Below, piece by piece: positions 55,236-64,000 of a DNA stretch of 64,000 nucleotides. The stretch is taken from assembly GCA_948473335.1 (NCBI GenBank), contig CAOKXF010000007.1:36338-100337 (forward strand), in the 5' to 3' direction. The position numbers were made by a program, and so were the translations under genes. This DNA is from an uncultured Clostridium sp. (GTDB lineage Bacteria > Bacillota > Clostridia > TANB77 > CAG-508). The number at the start of each line of letters is the position of its first letter. The stretch's first letter is position 1. The notes under the pieces were generated by a model that ran no database searches, was not told where the DNA came from, and was given only the letters and a program-made list of their open reading frames with translations.

Positions 55236-56123
55236 ATGACGATTTATTTAGATATAGTTATAATAGAAAACTTAATAATGAATTACATAATATTATATGC
55301 GACATCAATAATAGCAAAGAAAAAAGTAAGACATATAAGAATATTTATATCAAGTATAATAGGAACAATATATGTAATAGTATTATATGTTACGAAATTA
55401 CCAATATATTCAAATATAATATCAAAGCTATTACTATCACTAATAATGGTATATATTATGTTTAAGCCAGAGAATATAAAAACATTAATAAATAATATAT
55501 TACTATTTTATTTAACATCATTTGTATTTGGAGGAGCATCAACAGCATTAATATATTTAATAAAACCAGAACAAATATTAACAAAAAATGGAATATTTTT
55601 AGGAACATATACTCTTAAAATAGTTTTTTTAGGAGGAATTGTTGGATTATTTTTAATAATAGTAACAATAAATATAATAAGAAGTAAATTTTCAAAAAAA
55701 GACATGTTTTACAATATAGAAATACAAATAGAAGAAAAAACAATAGAAACAAAAGCTATGATAGACACAGGAAATTTATTAAAGGAGCCAATAACTAACA
55801 TACCAGTTATAATAGTAGAACACACATTATTATATGATACAGTAGAAAAAGAAATATTAAATAACCTAGAAGAGATGTTGTCTGGAAACTTTGAAAAAAT
55901 ACCAGATGAAATAAAAAACAAATATTTATCTAAACTAAAAGTTATACCGTTTAAGTCATTAGGAAAAGAAAATGGAATGTTATTAGGGATAAAGGTTGAT
56001 AAAGTAAAAATAGAAAATGAAGAAAACAGAAAAGTAATTGATAAAGCTATAATAGGAATATACAACAAATCTTTAACGAGAAGAGGAGAATATAGAGCAT
56101 TATTAGGTATAGATATGATTTAG
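55236..56123 (+). CDS. spoIIGA: sigma-E processing aspartic peptidase SpoIIGA
   Basis: MTIYLDIVIIENLIMNYIIL, 5 TM helices, the catalytic DTGN motif (AMIDTGNLLKEP), and its position upstream of sigE. Confidence 0.85.
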   Translation: MTIYLDIVIIENLIMNYIILYATSIIAKKKVRHIRIFISSIIGTIYVIVLYVTKLPIYSNIISKLLLSLIMVYIMFKPENIKTLINNILLFYLTSFVFGGASTALIYLIKPEQILTKNGIFLGTYTLKIVFLGGIVGLFLIIVTINIIRSKFSKKDMFYNIEIQIEEKTIETKAMIDTGNLLKEPITNIPVIIVEHTLLYDTVEKEILNNLEEMLSGNFEKIPDEIKNKYLSKLKVIPFKSLGKENGMLLGIKVDKVKIENEENRKVIDKAIIGIYNKSLTRRGEYRALLGIDMI

Positions 56124-56180
56124 ACATATATAAAAAGGATACAATAGTGTATTTTATGCACTGCCTTAAGAGCGAAAGGA

Positions 56181-56930
56181 ATGATAGTTATTATGAATTT
56201 AATAGAGTTACTAAAAAATAGCATAAATACAATTTGTGCAAAATACATAGGAGACAATGAGGAAGAAGAAATTTTACCCATTTTCTATGTGGCAGGAAGC
56301 CAAACTTTACCACCACCATTACCAGTTGAAGAAGAAGAAGAATTAATAAAGCAATTATCAAATCCAGATAACTTAGAAGCTAGACAGATATTAGTAGAAA
56401 GAAATTTAAGACTAGTAGTGTATATAGCTAAAAAGTTTGAAAATACAGGGATAGGTATAGAAGATTTAATATCAATAGGAACTATAGGATTAATGAAAAG
56501 TGTAAATACATTTAATTATGATAAAAAAATAAAACTTGCAACATACGCATCTAGATGTATAGAGAATGAAATATTAATGTATCTAAGAAGGTCTAATAAA
56601 ATAAAAGGAGAAATATCAATAGATGAGCCATTAAATAAAGATGGTGATGGAAATGAACTGTTATTATCAGATATATTGGGAACAGATTCAGATATAACAT
56701 CTAGAGACTTAGAAGATGAAGTTGATAAAACATTATTAAGAGCTGCAATTAAAAAGTTAAATAATAGAGAGAAAAATATAATGGAAATGAGATTCGGATT
56801 TAAAACTGGAAGGGAAAAGACGCAAAAGGAAGTTGCAGATGAATTGGGAATTTCACAAAGTTATATTTCTAGACTAGAGAAAAAGATTATTGGAAAGATG
56901 AGAAAAGATATAATGAGTAAGACAGGATAA
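56181..56930 (+). CDS. sigE: sporulation sigma factor SigE (pro-sigma-E)
   Basis: Pro-sequence followed by [49 protein letters not shown] and [21 protein letters not shown]. The true start may be the ATG at 56193. Confidence 0.9.
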   Translation: MIVIMNLIELLKNSINTICAKYIGDNEEEEILPIFYVAGSQTLPPPLPVEEEEELIKQLSNPDNLEARQILVERNLRLVVYIAKKFENTGIGIEDLISIGTIGLMKSVNTFNYDKKIKLATYASRCIENEILMYLRRSNKIKGEISIDEPLNKDGDGNELLLSDILGTDSDITSRDLEDEVDKTLLRAAIKKLNNREKNIMEMRFGFKTGREKTQKEVADELGISQSYISRLEKKIIGKMRKDIMSKTG

Positions 56931-57065
56931 AGTTATAAATGGGCGCAGAAATGCGTCTATTTATAACTTTATCTTGAAAATAAATAAAATGTATTGAAAA
57001 TAAAATAAAAACATGATATGTTAACAAAGGCAGAAGAAGAAAAACAAAAAGAGAGGAGAATAGAA

Positions 57066-58427
57066 ATGGCAAAAGCAAAAACAATATTTGTATGCAATGA
57101 ATGTGGATATGAAACAGCAAAGTGGATAGGAAAATGTCCAGCATGCAATAGTTGGAACACATTTTTTGAGCAAAAAATAGAAAAATATTCAGAAACAAAC
57201 AAATTAAAAAAAAGAGTAGAAGCAATTCCAAAGCCATTAAATACATATAAAGGACAAGAGACATCAAGAACATCGACAGGATTTACAGAGCTAGATAGAG
57301 TATTAGGAGGAGGACTAGTAAAAGGTTCATTAATATTATTAGGAGGAGAGCCTGGAATAGGAAAATCAACACTAATATTACAATTATGTGATAAAGTAAA
57401 AGGAGAAGGAAAAGTATTATATATATCAGGAGAAGAATCAGCAGAACAAATAAAATTAAGAGCAGACAGATTAAATATAAATAATGAAGAAATATTATTT
57501 TTAGGGGAAACAAATATAGAAGCAGTAAATGAAAATATAATAGAGATAAATCCAAAATTAGTAATAATAGATTCAATACAGACAATGTTTTCAGAAGATT
57601 TAACAGCAGCAGCAGGAAGTGTAAGTCAAGTAAGAGAAATAACAGCGCAAATTATGAGAATATGTAAATCAAGAGGAATAACAACAATTATAATAGGTCA
57701 TGTAACAAAAGACGGAAATATAGCAGGACCAAGAGTATTAGAACATATGGTAGATACAGTATTATATATAGAAGGAGAAAGATATTTTTCATATAGAATA
57801 ATAAGAAGTGTAAAAAATAGGTTTGGGTCAACAAATGAAATAGGCATGTTTGAAATGAGACAAGAAGGAATGTGTGAAATAACAAATCCATCTGAAGTAT
57901 TAATATCAGAAAGAGAAGATAATCCATCTGGATCTTGTATAATAGCAACAATGGAAGGAACAAGACCAGTATTAATAGAGTTGCAAGCATTAACAGCACA
58001 AAGTGTATTTGGGTTACCCAAAAGAACGGCAAATGGTGTGGACTATAATAGATTAGCATTATTAATAGCAGTGCTAGAAAAAAAGGTAGGATTATCATTA
58101 GGAAGTCAAGATGTATATCTAAATGTAGTTGGAGGAATGAAAATAAACGAGCCTTCAATAGATTTAGGAATAATATGTGTATCAGCATCAAGTTATAAAA
58201 ATATATCAATACCAAAAGATACAGTAATAATGGGAGAAGTAGGATTAACAGGAGAAGTAAGAAGAATAAATTTATTAGAAAAAAGATTAAAAGAAGCAGA
58301 AAAGTTAGGATTTAAAACATGTATAATACCAGAAAGTAATAAAAAGGTCTTGAAAGATGAATACAAATTAGATATAATAGGCGTGAAAAACATACAAGAG
58401 GCAATGAAAAAAATAGGACTAAGATAA
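57066..58427 (+). CDS. radA: DNA repair protein RadA/Sms
   Basis: ATG at 57066. Zinc finger FVCNECGYETAKWIGKCPACNSWNTF, Walker A GGEPGIGKST, KNRFG, and a Lon-like C-domain. Confidence 0.9.
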   Translation: MAKAKTIFVCNECGYETAKWIGKCPACNSWNTFFEQKIEKYSETNKLKKRVEAIPKPLNTYKGQETSRTSTGFTELDRVLGGGLVKGSLILLGGEPGIGKSTLILQLCDKVKGEGKVLYISGEESAEQIKLRADRLNINNEEILFLGETNIEAVNENIIEINPKLVIIDSIQTMFSEDLTAAAGSVSQVREITAQIMRICKSRGITTIIIGHVTKDGNIAGPRVLEHMVDTVLYIEGERYFSYRIIRSVKNRFGSTNEIGMFEMRQEGMCEITNPSEVLISEREDNPSGSCIIATMEGTRPVLIELQALTAQSVFGLPKRTANGVDYNRLALLIAVLEKKVGLSLGSQDVYLNVVGGMKINEPSIDLGIICVSASSYKNISIPKDTVIMGEVGLTGEVRRINLLEKRLKEAEKLGFKTCIIPESNKKVLKDEYKLDIIGVKNIQEAMKKIGLR

Positions 58428-58486
58428 ATAAAATATAGAATAAAGCAATAAATAAAGAAAATAATAAAAAGAGAGAAGGTGAAAAA

Positions 58487-59575
58487 TTGCAAAATAAGGG
58501 TGAGCATATAGAAGAAGTATTAAAAAAGATTGCGCCAGGAACACCAATAAGAGATGGACTAGAAAATATTTTACATGCAAAAACAGGAGCATTATTATTA
58601 ATAACAGATAACGAAAATGTAGTAAGCCAAGTAGTAGATGGAGGATTTTATATAAATGAAGACTATACATCAGCAAAATTATATGAATTGGCAAAAATGG
58701 ATGGAGCAATAGTATTAAGTGGAGACTTCAAGAAGATTCTATTTGCAAATGCACAATTAATACCTTCATACAATATACCAACAGTAGAAACAGGAACTAG
58801 GCATAGAACTGCAGAAAGAACAGCAAAACAAACAGGAGAAGTAGTAATAAGTATATCGCAAAGAAGAAATATAATAACAATATTTCAAGGAAATGAAAGA
58901 TATATATTAGAAAATACGGATGTAGTCTTAAATAAAGCAAATCAAGCAATACAAACATTAGAGAGATACAAAAAAGTATTTGACAATAAATTGGGTATAC
59001 TTAATGAATATGAATTTAATGACATTGTAACACTGGACAATGTGCTAACAGTAATACAAAGAGCAGAAATGTTAATGAGGATAGCAGACGAAATAAGAGC
59101 AACGATATATGAATTAGGGGCAGATGGAAGATTAATACAAATGCAATTGCAGGAACTAATTGGAGGAGTAGAAAAGGAAGAACAACTAATAATAAAAGAC
59201 TACATAGTAATAAGCAACAAAAAAAGAAAAGATATAGAAATGGAAAAAATTATAAAAGAATTATCAGAATTAACATATGAAGAATTGACAAACTTACAAA
59301 GTATAGCAAAGATTTTCAAATATGAATTTTTAGAAAGTTATGAAGATGTAGCAGTATATCCAAAAGGATATAGAATTTTAAATAAGGTACCACGAATGCC
59401 AAATAATATTGTAGAAAATTTAGTAAAATCATTCAAGTCATTCCAACACATATTAGCAGCAGAAATCCAAACATTAGATGATGTAGAAGGAATAGGAGAA
59501 GTAAGAGCAAAAAATATAAAACAGTCATTACAAAGAATGCAAGAACAATTTGTATTTGAAAATATAAGTGTATAA
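58487..59575 (+). CDS. disA: DNA integrity scanning protein DisA (diadenylate cyclase)
   Basis: TTG start. PGTPIRDGLENIL, GALLLI, DGAIVLS, TGTRHRTAERTAKQTG (DAC domain), and a C-terminal HhH (GIGEVRAKNIKQSL). Confidence 0.9.
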   Translation: MQNKGEHIEEVLKKIAPGTPIRDGLENILHAKTGALLLITDNENVVSQVVDGGFYINEDYTSAKLYELAKMDGAIVLSGDFKKILFANAQLIPSYNIPTVETGTRHRTAERTAKQTGEVVISISQRRNIITIFQGNERYILENTDVVLNKANQAIQTLERYKKVFDNKLGILNEYEFNDIVTLDNVLTVIQRAEMLMRIADEIRATIYELGADGRLIQMQLQELIGGVEKEEQLIIKDYIVISNKKRKDIEMEKIIKELSELTYEELTNLQSIAKIFKYEFLESYEDVAVYPKGYRILNKVPRMPNNIVENLVKSFKSFQHILAAEIQTLDDVEGIGEVRAKNIKQSLQRMQEQFVFENISV

Positions 59576-59625
59576 TGTTAAAATAAAGAAAAAATTTAAA
59601 AATACAAGAGAAAGGAAGAAAGAAA

Positions 59626-60444
59626 ATGAAAAAAACAAACATAATTCTAATAGTAATACTAGTTGTGCTAGTAATATTAGTATCAACAGTAGGATATGGA
59701 TATTTAAGAAAAGCAACTATGGAGGTAAAAAATCCAATAGTAACAATGGAAGTAGCAAATTATGGAACAATAGAAATAGAATTATACCCAGAAATGGCAC
59801 CAGAAACAGTAGCTAACTTTGTTAATTTAGTAGAAAATGGTTTTTATGATGGGTTAACATTCCATAGAATCATAGAAGGATTTATGATACAAGGTGGAGG
59901 AAATAAAATAGTAGAAAAAGATGTAACAGACGAAACAACAGGAGAAACAAAAAAGGAGACAAAATCAGAAGCTGTGGAGCCTAAATTATCAAATTTAGGA
60001 ATAAAACTTAAAAAGGACCAAAAAGATGAAGAATATTGTATAAAAGGCGAATTCTTAGAAAATGGATATACAAAAAATACATTAAGACATAAAGAAGGAG
60101 TAATATCTATGGCAAGAGCTGATTATACAGAACAATATTCTGAAACATTAGTAGAAGAATCTTATAATTCAGCAACAGCACAATTCTTTATTATGACAGC
60201 AGATAATTTAAGCTTAGATGGAAACTATGCACCATTTGGAAAAGTAAAAAAAGGAATGGAAGTAGTTCATGCAATAGAAAAGGCAGAAGTTAAGAAAGCA
60301 GAAAAAGAAGGAGAAGAAGAAAGTACTCCAGTAGAAAATATAATAATAAATAAAGTAACAGTAGATAAAAAAGGTGTTAAATATGATAAACCACATACAT
60401 TGAAACCTTGGGATTATAGTCAATGGTTGTATAATATGTATTAA
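59626..60444 (+). CDS. membrane-anchored cyclophilin-type peptidyl-prolyl isomerase
   Basis: An N-terminal TM helix, then [46 protein letters not shown], and a charged insertion. Confidence 0.85.
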   Translation: MKKTNIILIVILVVLVILVSTVGYGYLRKATMEVKNPIVTMEVANYGTIEIELYPEMAPETVANFVNLVENGFYDGLTFHRIIEGFMIQGGGNKIVEKDVTDETTGETKKETKSEAVEPKLSNLGIKLKKDQKDEEYCIKGEFLENGYTKNTLRHKEGVISMARADYTEQYSETLVEESYNSATAQFFIMTADNLSLDGNYAPFGKVKKGMEVVHAIEKAEVKKAEKEGEEESTPVENIIINKVTVDKKGVKYDKPHTLKPWDYSQWLYNMY

Positions 60445-60473
60445 TACTAAGAATATTAAAATTTAATAAAGTA

Positions 60474-60529
60474 AAAAATACTAATTTTCAATAATGAATG
60501 AAAACGTTTTCATGAAAATTAGTATTTTT
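60474..60529. terminator. bidirectional terminator (17-bp perfect arms) between ppi and spoIVA
   Basis: AAAAATACTAATTTTCA...TGAAAATTAGTATTTTT, with an inner palindrome ATGAAAACGTTTTCAT. Confidence 0.75.
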
Positions 60530-60575
60530 ATACTCTATAAAAGACATCAATGATAGATGATAGATTCTTAGTAGG

Positions 60576-62054
60576 TTATAAAATTATACAAATCAGACCA
60601 CCACTACCTTCATTAACAATACGCTCAAGAGTTTCCTGAAGTTTGCATTGAGCTTCCTCAGGCATTTTGCAAAGTTTAGTTTGTAGACCTTCATTAACAA
60701 GATCATGTAAACTTTTTCCAAATATATTAGAACCCCAAATTTTCTTAGGATCACTTTCAAATTCTGAAAGTAGATAATTAACAAGTTCTTCAGACTGCTT
60801 TTCAGAACCAACAATAGGAGAGACCTCGGTTTCAATGTTTGCTTTAATCATGTGAATCGAAGGAGCAGTAGCACGAAGTTTAACACCAAATCTTGAGCCT
60901 TGTTTAATCATTTCAGGTTCATCCAAAATTAGTTCATCCATAGAAGGAGTAACAATACCATATCCTTTAGCATTTACTTCCTCTAGAGCATAAGCTATTT
61001 TATCATATTCTTTTTTAGTTTTAGATAAAGTAGTAATTGTAGAGAATAAATCCCCTTCATTTTCAATAGTAACACCAGTCATTTCTGTTAAAATTTTGTA
61101 GAATAATTCATCTTTCAAAATAATTGAAATATTAACATTACCTGACCCTAGCATGATATTATCAATAGAAACATTAGAAATCAGATTACTTTCACTAATA
61201 GAAGAAGTACAATCAGAAACTTCTTTAAGTACATTAGTATTTTCAAAAGCTTTTCGTATTTCACTGAATAATTCGGATTTTAAAGGATGATTAAAATCTA
61301 AACCATCAACCCATTTAGGAAATTTTATACAAACTTGTTCAATAGGAAATTCATACAAAATTTTTGAAAACATATCTGTAATATCGTCAATAGTAAGTTC
61401 TTCACAATTAGTAGGAATAACTTGAGCATGGTATTTATCAGACAGTTCTCTGGCTAATTCTAAGGTTTCAACAGAAGAAGGATAGGCAGAATTTAATAGA
61501 ATAATGAAAGGTTTATTAATAGCTCGTAATTCAGAAACTACACGTTCTTCAGCAGCAATATAATCACTTCTAGGAATATCAGTAATAGTACCATCTGTTG
61601 TTATTAAGACACCAATAGTAGAATGCTCTTCTATAACCTTTTTAGTTCCGATTTCAGCAGCTTGTTCAAAAGGAATTTCTTCATCAGACCAAGGAGTTTT
61701 TATCATCCTAGGCATATCATCTTCTAAATAGCCAATTGCATTATCAACAAGATAGCCAACACAATCAACTAAACGTGTTTTTAAATGTAAATTTTTATCA
61801 ATTGTAATTTCGACAGCTTCATTAGGAACAAATTTAGGTTCAGTAGTCATAATAGTACGACCGCCAGCACTTTGAGGAAGTTCATCTTTAGCACGCTCTT
61901 TTTTGTATTCATTATCTATATTAGGAATAACAAGCAAATCCATAAACTTCTTAATAAATGTTGATTTACCAGTTCTTACAGGACCAACAACCCCAACATA
62001 AATATCACCATCTGTTCTTTTAGCAATGTCTTGATATAGGTTTAAGTTCTCCAT
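60576..62054 (-). CDS. spoIVA: stage IV sporulation protein A (spore coat morphogenetic ATPase)
   Basis: IYQDIAKRTDGDIYVGVVGPVRTGKSTFIKKFMD (Walker A), 492 aa, colinear with SpoIVA throughout. Confidence 0.9.
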   Translation of the reverse strand: MENLNLYQDIAKRTDGDIYVGVVGPVRTGKSTFIKKFMDLLVIPNIDNEYKKERAKDELPQSAGGRTIMTTEPKFVPNEAVEITIDKNLHLKTRLVDCVGYLVDNAIGYLEDDMPRMIKTPWSDEEIPFEQAAEIGTKKVIEEHSTIGVLITTDGTITDIPRSDYIAAEERVVSELRAINKPFIILLNSAYPSSVETLELARELSDKYHAQVIPTNCEELTIDDITDMFSKILYEFPIEQVCIKFPKWVDGLDFNHPLKSELFSEIRKAFENTNVLKEVSDCTSSISESNLISNVSIDNIMLGSGNVNISIILKDELFYKILTEMTGVTIENEGDLFSTITTLSKTKKEYDKIAYALEEVNAKGYGIVTPSMDELILDEPEMIKQGSRFGVKLRATAPSIHMIKANIETEVSPIVGSEKQSEELVNYLLSEFESDPKKIWGSNIFGKSLHDLVNEGLQTKLCKMPEEAQCKLQETLERIVNEGSGGLICIIL

Positions 62055-62252
62055 TAAAATACCTCCTTATTGGATACACTCATCTAAGCTATAGCTTAAA
62101 GTTTGTACTATAAACTTTTAATTAATTTATATTGCAGAACTATATGGAATATGACAAATTTATTAAAATAATTGATTTAATTCATAACATATGGTAAAAT
62201 TCACAATATAATAGAGAATGAATAATATATATTGAAAGGTATAGGTGGACTT

Positions 62253-63509
62253 ATGAAAGATACGATAGCTATAATAATGGCAGCAGGAAAAGGGACTAGA
62301 ATGAAATCAAAAAGTTCAAAATTACTTCATAAGATATACGGAAAAGAAATTATAACAAGAGCAGTAGAAAATGTAAAGAAGTCAGGAATAGAAGATATAA
62401 TTACGGTGGTAGGATATAAAAGAGAAGAAATACAAAACTTATTAAAAGATACAGTAAAATATGCAATTCAAGAAGAGCAGTTAGGAACGGGTCATGCAGT
62501 TATGCAAGCAGCAAAAATGTTAGAAGGAAAAAAAGGAAAAGTATTAGTACTAAATGGGGACCATCCTATCATGAGACCAGAGACATTAAGAAATTTAGTA
62601 GAAATATCTTATGAAAGAGAAGAAAGTGCTACAATTTTAACAATGGTTCATAGAGATGTAATACCATATGGAAAAGTTATTCATGATGAAGAAGGTAGAG
62701 TAAAAGAAATAATAGAGCATAAAGATTGTAATGAAGAACAAATACAAATTAGAGAAGTAAATCTAGGTATGTATTGTTTTGATATAGATAAATTATTAGA
62801 AGTATTAAAATTATTAAAAAATGATAACGTACAAAAAGAATATTATTTAACAGATGTTATAAAGTTGATGTATAATAAAGGATTAAAAACTGGATCTGTA
62901 GTAGTTTCAGATAATGCAGAAGTTTTGGGTATAAATGATAGATTAGATTTACAAGTTTTAACAAAAGCATTGCAATTACGTATAAATACAGAACATATGA
63001 GAAATGGTGTAACTATAGAAGATATAAATACTACATATATATATGATGATGTTGAAATAGGTATGGATACAATCATACATCCAAATACAATAATAAAATC
63101 AGGAGTAAAAATAGGAGAAGATTGTGAAATAGGACCAAATGCTTATATCCGCGAGGATTGCAAATTGGACAATAATGTTAAGATAGGAAGTTTTGTAGAA
63201 CTCAAAAAAGTAGAAGTAGGTAAGGGTACAAAAATTCCACATTTATCATATATAGGTGATTGTAAAATAGGACAAAATACAAATATAGGTTGTGGTACAA
63301 TAACTTGTAATTATGATGGTACAAATAAAAATGAAACTATTATTGGAAATAATTGTTTTATAGGTTCAAATAGTAATTTAATTGCACCTATAAAATTAGG
63401 AAATAAAAGTTTTATTGCTGCAGGTTCTACAATTACAGATGATGTTCCAGCAGAAAGTTTAGCAATTGCAAGACAAAAGCAAATAAACAAAGAAGGATGG
63501 AATAATTAA
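62253..63509 (+). CDS. glmU: bifunctional GlcNAc-1-P uridyltransferase / GlcN-1-P acetyltransferase GlmU
   Basis: ATG at 62253. AIIMAAGKGTRMKS, QEEQLGTGHAV, and C-terminal left-handed beta-helix hexapeptide repeats. Confidence 0.85.
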   Translation: MKDTIAIIMAAGKGTRMKSKSSKLLHKIYGKEIITRAVENVKKSGIEDIITVVGYKREEIQNLLKDTVKYAIQEEQLGTGHAVMQAAKMLEGKKGKVLVLNGDHPIMRPETLRNLVEISYEREESATILTMVHRDVIPYGKVIHDEEGRVKEIIEHKDCNEEQIQIREVNLGMYCFDIDKLLEVLKLLKNDNVQKEYYLTDVIKLMYNKGLKTGSVVVSDNAEVLGINDRLDLQVLTKALQLRINTEHMRNGVTIEDINTTYIYDDVEIGMDTIIHPNTIIKSGVKIGEDCEIGPNAYIREDCKLDNNVKIGSFVELKKVEVGKGTKIPHLSYIGDCKIGQNTNIGCGTITCNYDGTNKNETIIGNNCFIGSNSNLIAPIKLGNKSFIAAGSTITDDVPAESLAIARQKQINKEGWNN

Positions 63510-63558
63510 ATATATAAATAAGGAGGATAAGTTTACTTTTCCTTCTTATTATATATTA

Positions 63559-63620
63559 TATAGCAAAAAATCGAGAATTTTACGCATACAGAAAGATTAT
63601 GTTTCTTTTATATTCTTAAT
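63559..63620. repeat. diverged, shortened copy of the 5572-5789 hairpin element
   Basis: TATAGCAAAAAATCGAGAATTTTACGCATACAGAAAGATTATGTTTC is about 80% identical to TATAGGAAAAATCGAAGATTTTTACGTATACAAAAAGGTTAAGTTTC. The tail TTTTATATTCTTAAT matches CTTATATTCTAAT at the end of the tandem copies. Confidence 0.65.
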
Positions 63621-63637
63621 TTATTATAATATTTCCA

Positions 63638-63666
63638 TTGATTAAAGATAATAAATATTGTATAAT
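63638..63666 (+). promoter_or_regulatory. sigma-A type promoter of ssrA (TTGATT-17-TATAAT)
   Basis: Hexamers at 63638-63643 and 63661-63666, with 12 nt between the -10 hexamer and the mature 5' end at 63679. Confidence 0.6.
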
Positions 63667-63678
63667 ATAAAAGTATAT

Positions 63679-64000
63679 GGGGGTGTAATGGTTTCGACAT
63701 TATACTAGAAGTATAGATAGCGAGTAGTGGATTCTCGTTGGCCACTTAAAAAACGAGAATTAAAAATAAACGCTGATAATAATGAATTAGCATTTGCTGC
63801 CTAGTTGCGGCATCGTCTAACTAACTATTCCCACATAGTTAGCCAAGGCGTCGATTTAGTGGGAAACAAATCTATTTTTTTCTCGGAAATAGAGGGTATT
63901 TAGAGAATATATTTATATTAAGTATGTTTATTTACGTAGTATAAATGAATAAAAACAATAAACTGCACTCGGAGAAGTTTATATGGATGGTATTATGGAC
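63679..64000 (+). ncRNA. ssrA: tmRNA (SsrA), 3' end outside the window
   Basis: 5' GGGGGTGTAATGGTTTCGAC tRNA-like acceptor/D region. The tag reading frame GCT GAT AAT AAT GAA TTA GCA TTT GCT GCC TAG encodes ADNNELAFAA. Confidence 0.9.

Noticed and set aside
59568-59816. 82-aa + strand ORF overlapping the start of the cyclophilin gene. A similar case is 55220..55465, overlapping spoIIGA.
   Set aside because: These are out-of-frame overlaps with strongly supported genes. The products are low-complexity Asn/Lys/Ser-rich sequence.

Overview
A very AT-rich chromosomal segment from a spore-forming Firmicute (Clostridia-like). The backbone is housekeeping and sporulation genes, almost all on the + strand. 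In order: dnaE (5' partial), cdaA, truA, dut, carD-family, yhaO/yhaN-like nuclease-ATPase pair, GH25/LysM lysozyme, dps, sufC/sufBD, patatin-like lipase, cysteine desulfurase, rpsF-ssb-rpsR, splB, SecD/SecF-like pair, glucokinase, mtaB and glgP. Then comes a division/sporulation cluster (murA, ftsQ, 2x DUF881, sbp, ftsA, ftsZ, spoIIGA, sigE), followed by radA, disA, a cyclophilin, spoIVA (-), glmU and the 5' part of tmRNA. RNA genes are tRNA-Met, two identical tRNA-Gly(TCC) copies, and a minus-strand tRNA Val-Asp-Phe cluster. The main accessory region is about 21.2-31.5 kb, directly downstream of the second tRNA-Gly. It looks like two tandem, related, decayed serine-recombinase islands: one recombinase carries two frameshifts and the other an internal deletion. 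Their cargo is a DUF1016 nuclease, DUF2000, an AbiJ-like protein, an ORF6N protein, a translationally coupled Nudix + divergent adenylosuccinate-synthetase-like (PurA/PurZ-like) pair, an orphan JAMM/JAB protease and an IS3-type end remnant. The Nudix/PurA-like pair is my best candidate for an undescribed nucleotide-centred system. Other notable items are two tandem SigE/K-like sigma factors with a shared C-terminal extension, a multi-hairpin intergenic repeat family, an exact 11-bp phased ATTACA array at the ftsA promoter, and two further higher-GC single-gene insertions. All functional calls come from reading motifs by eye; no searches were run.
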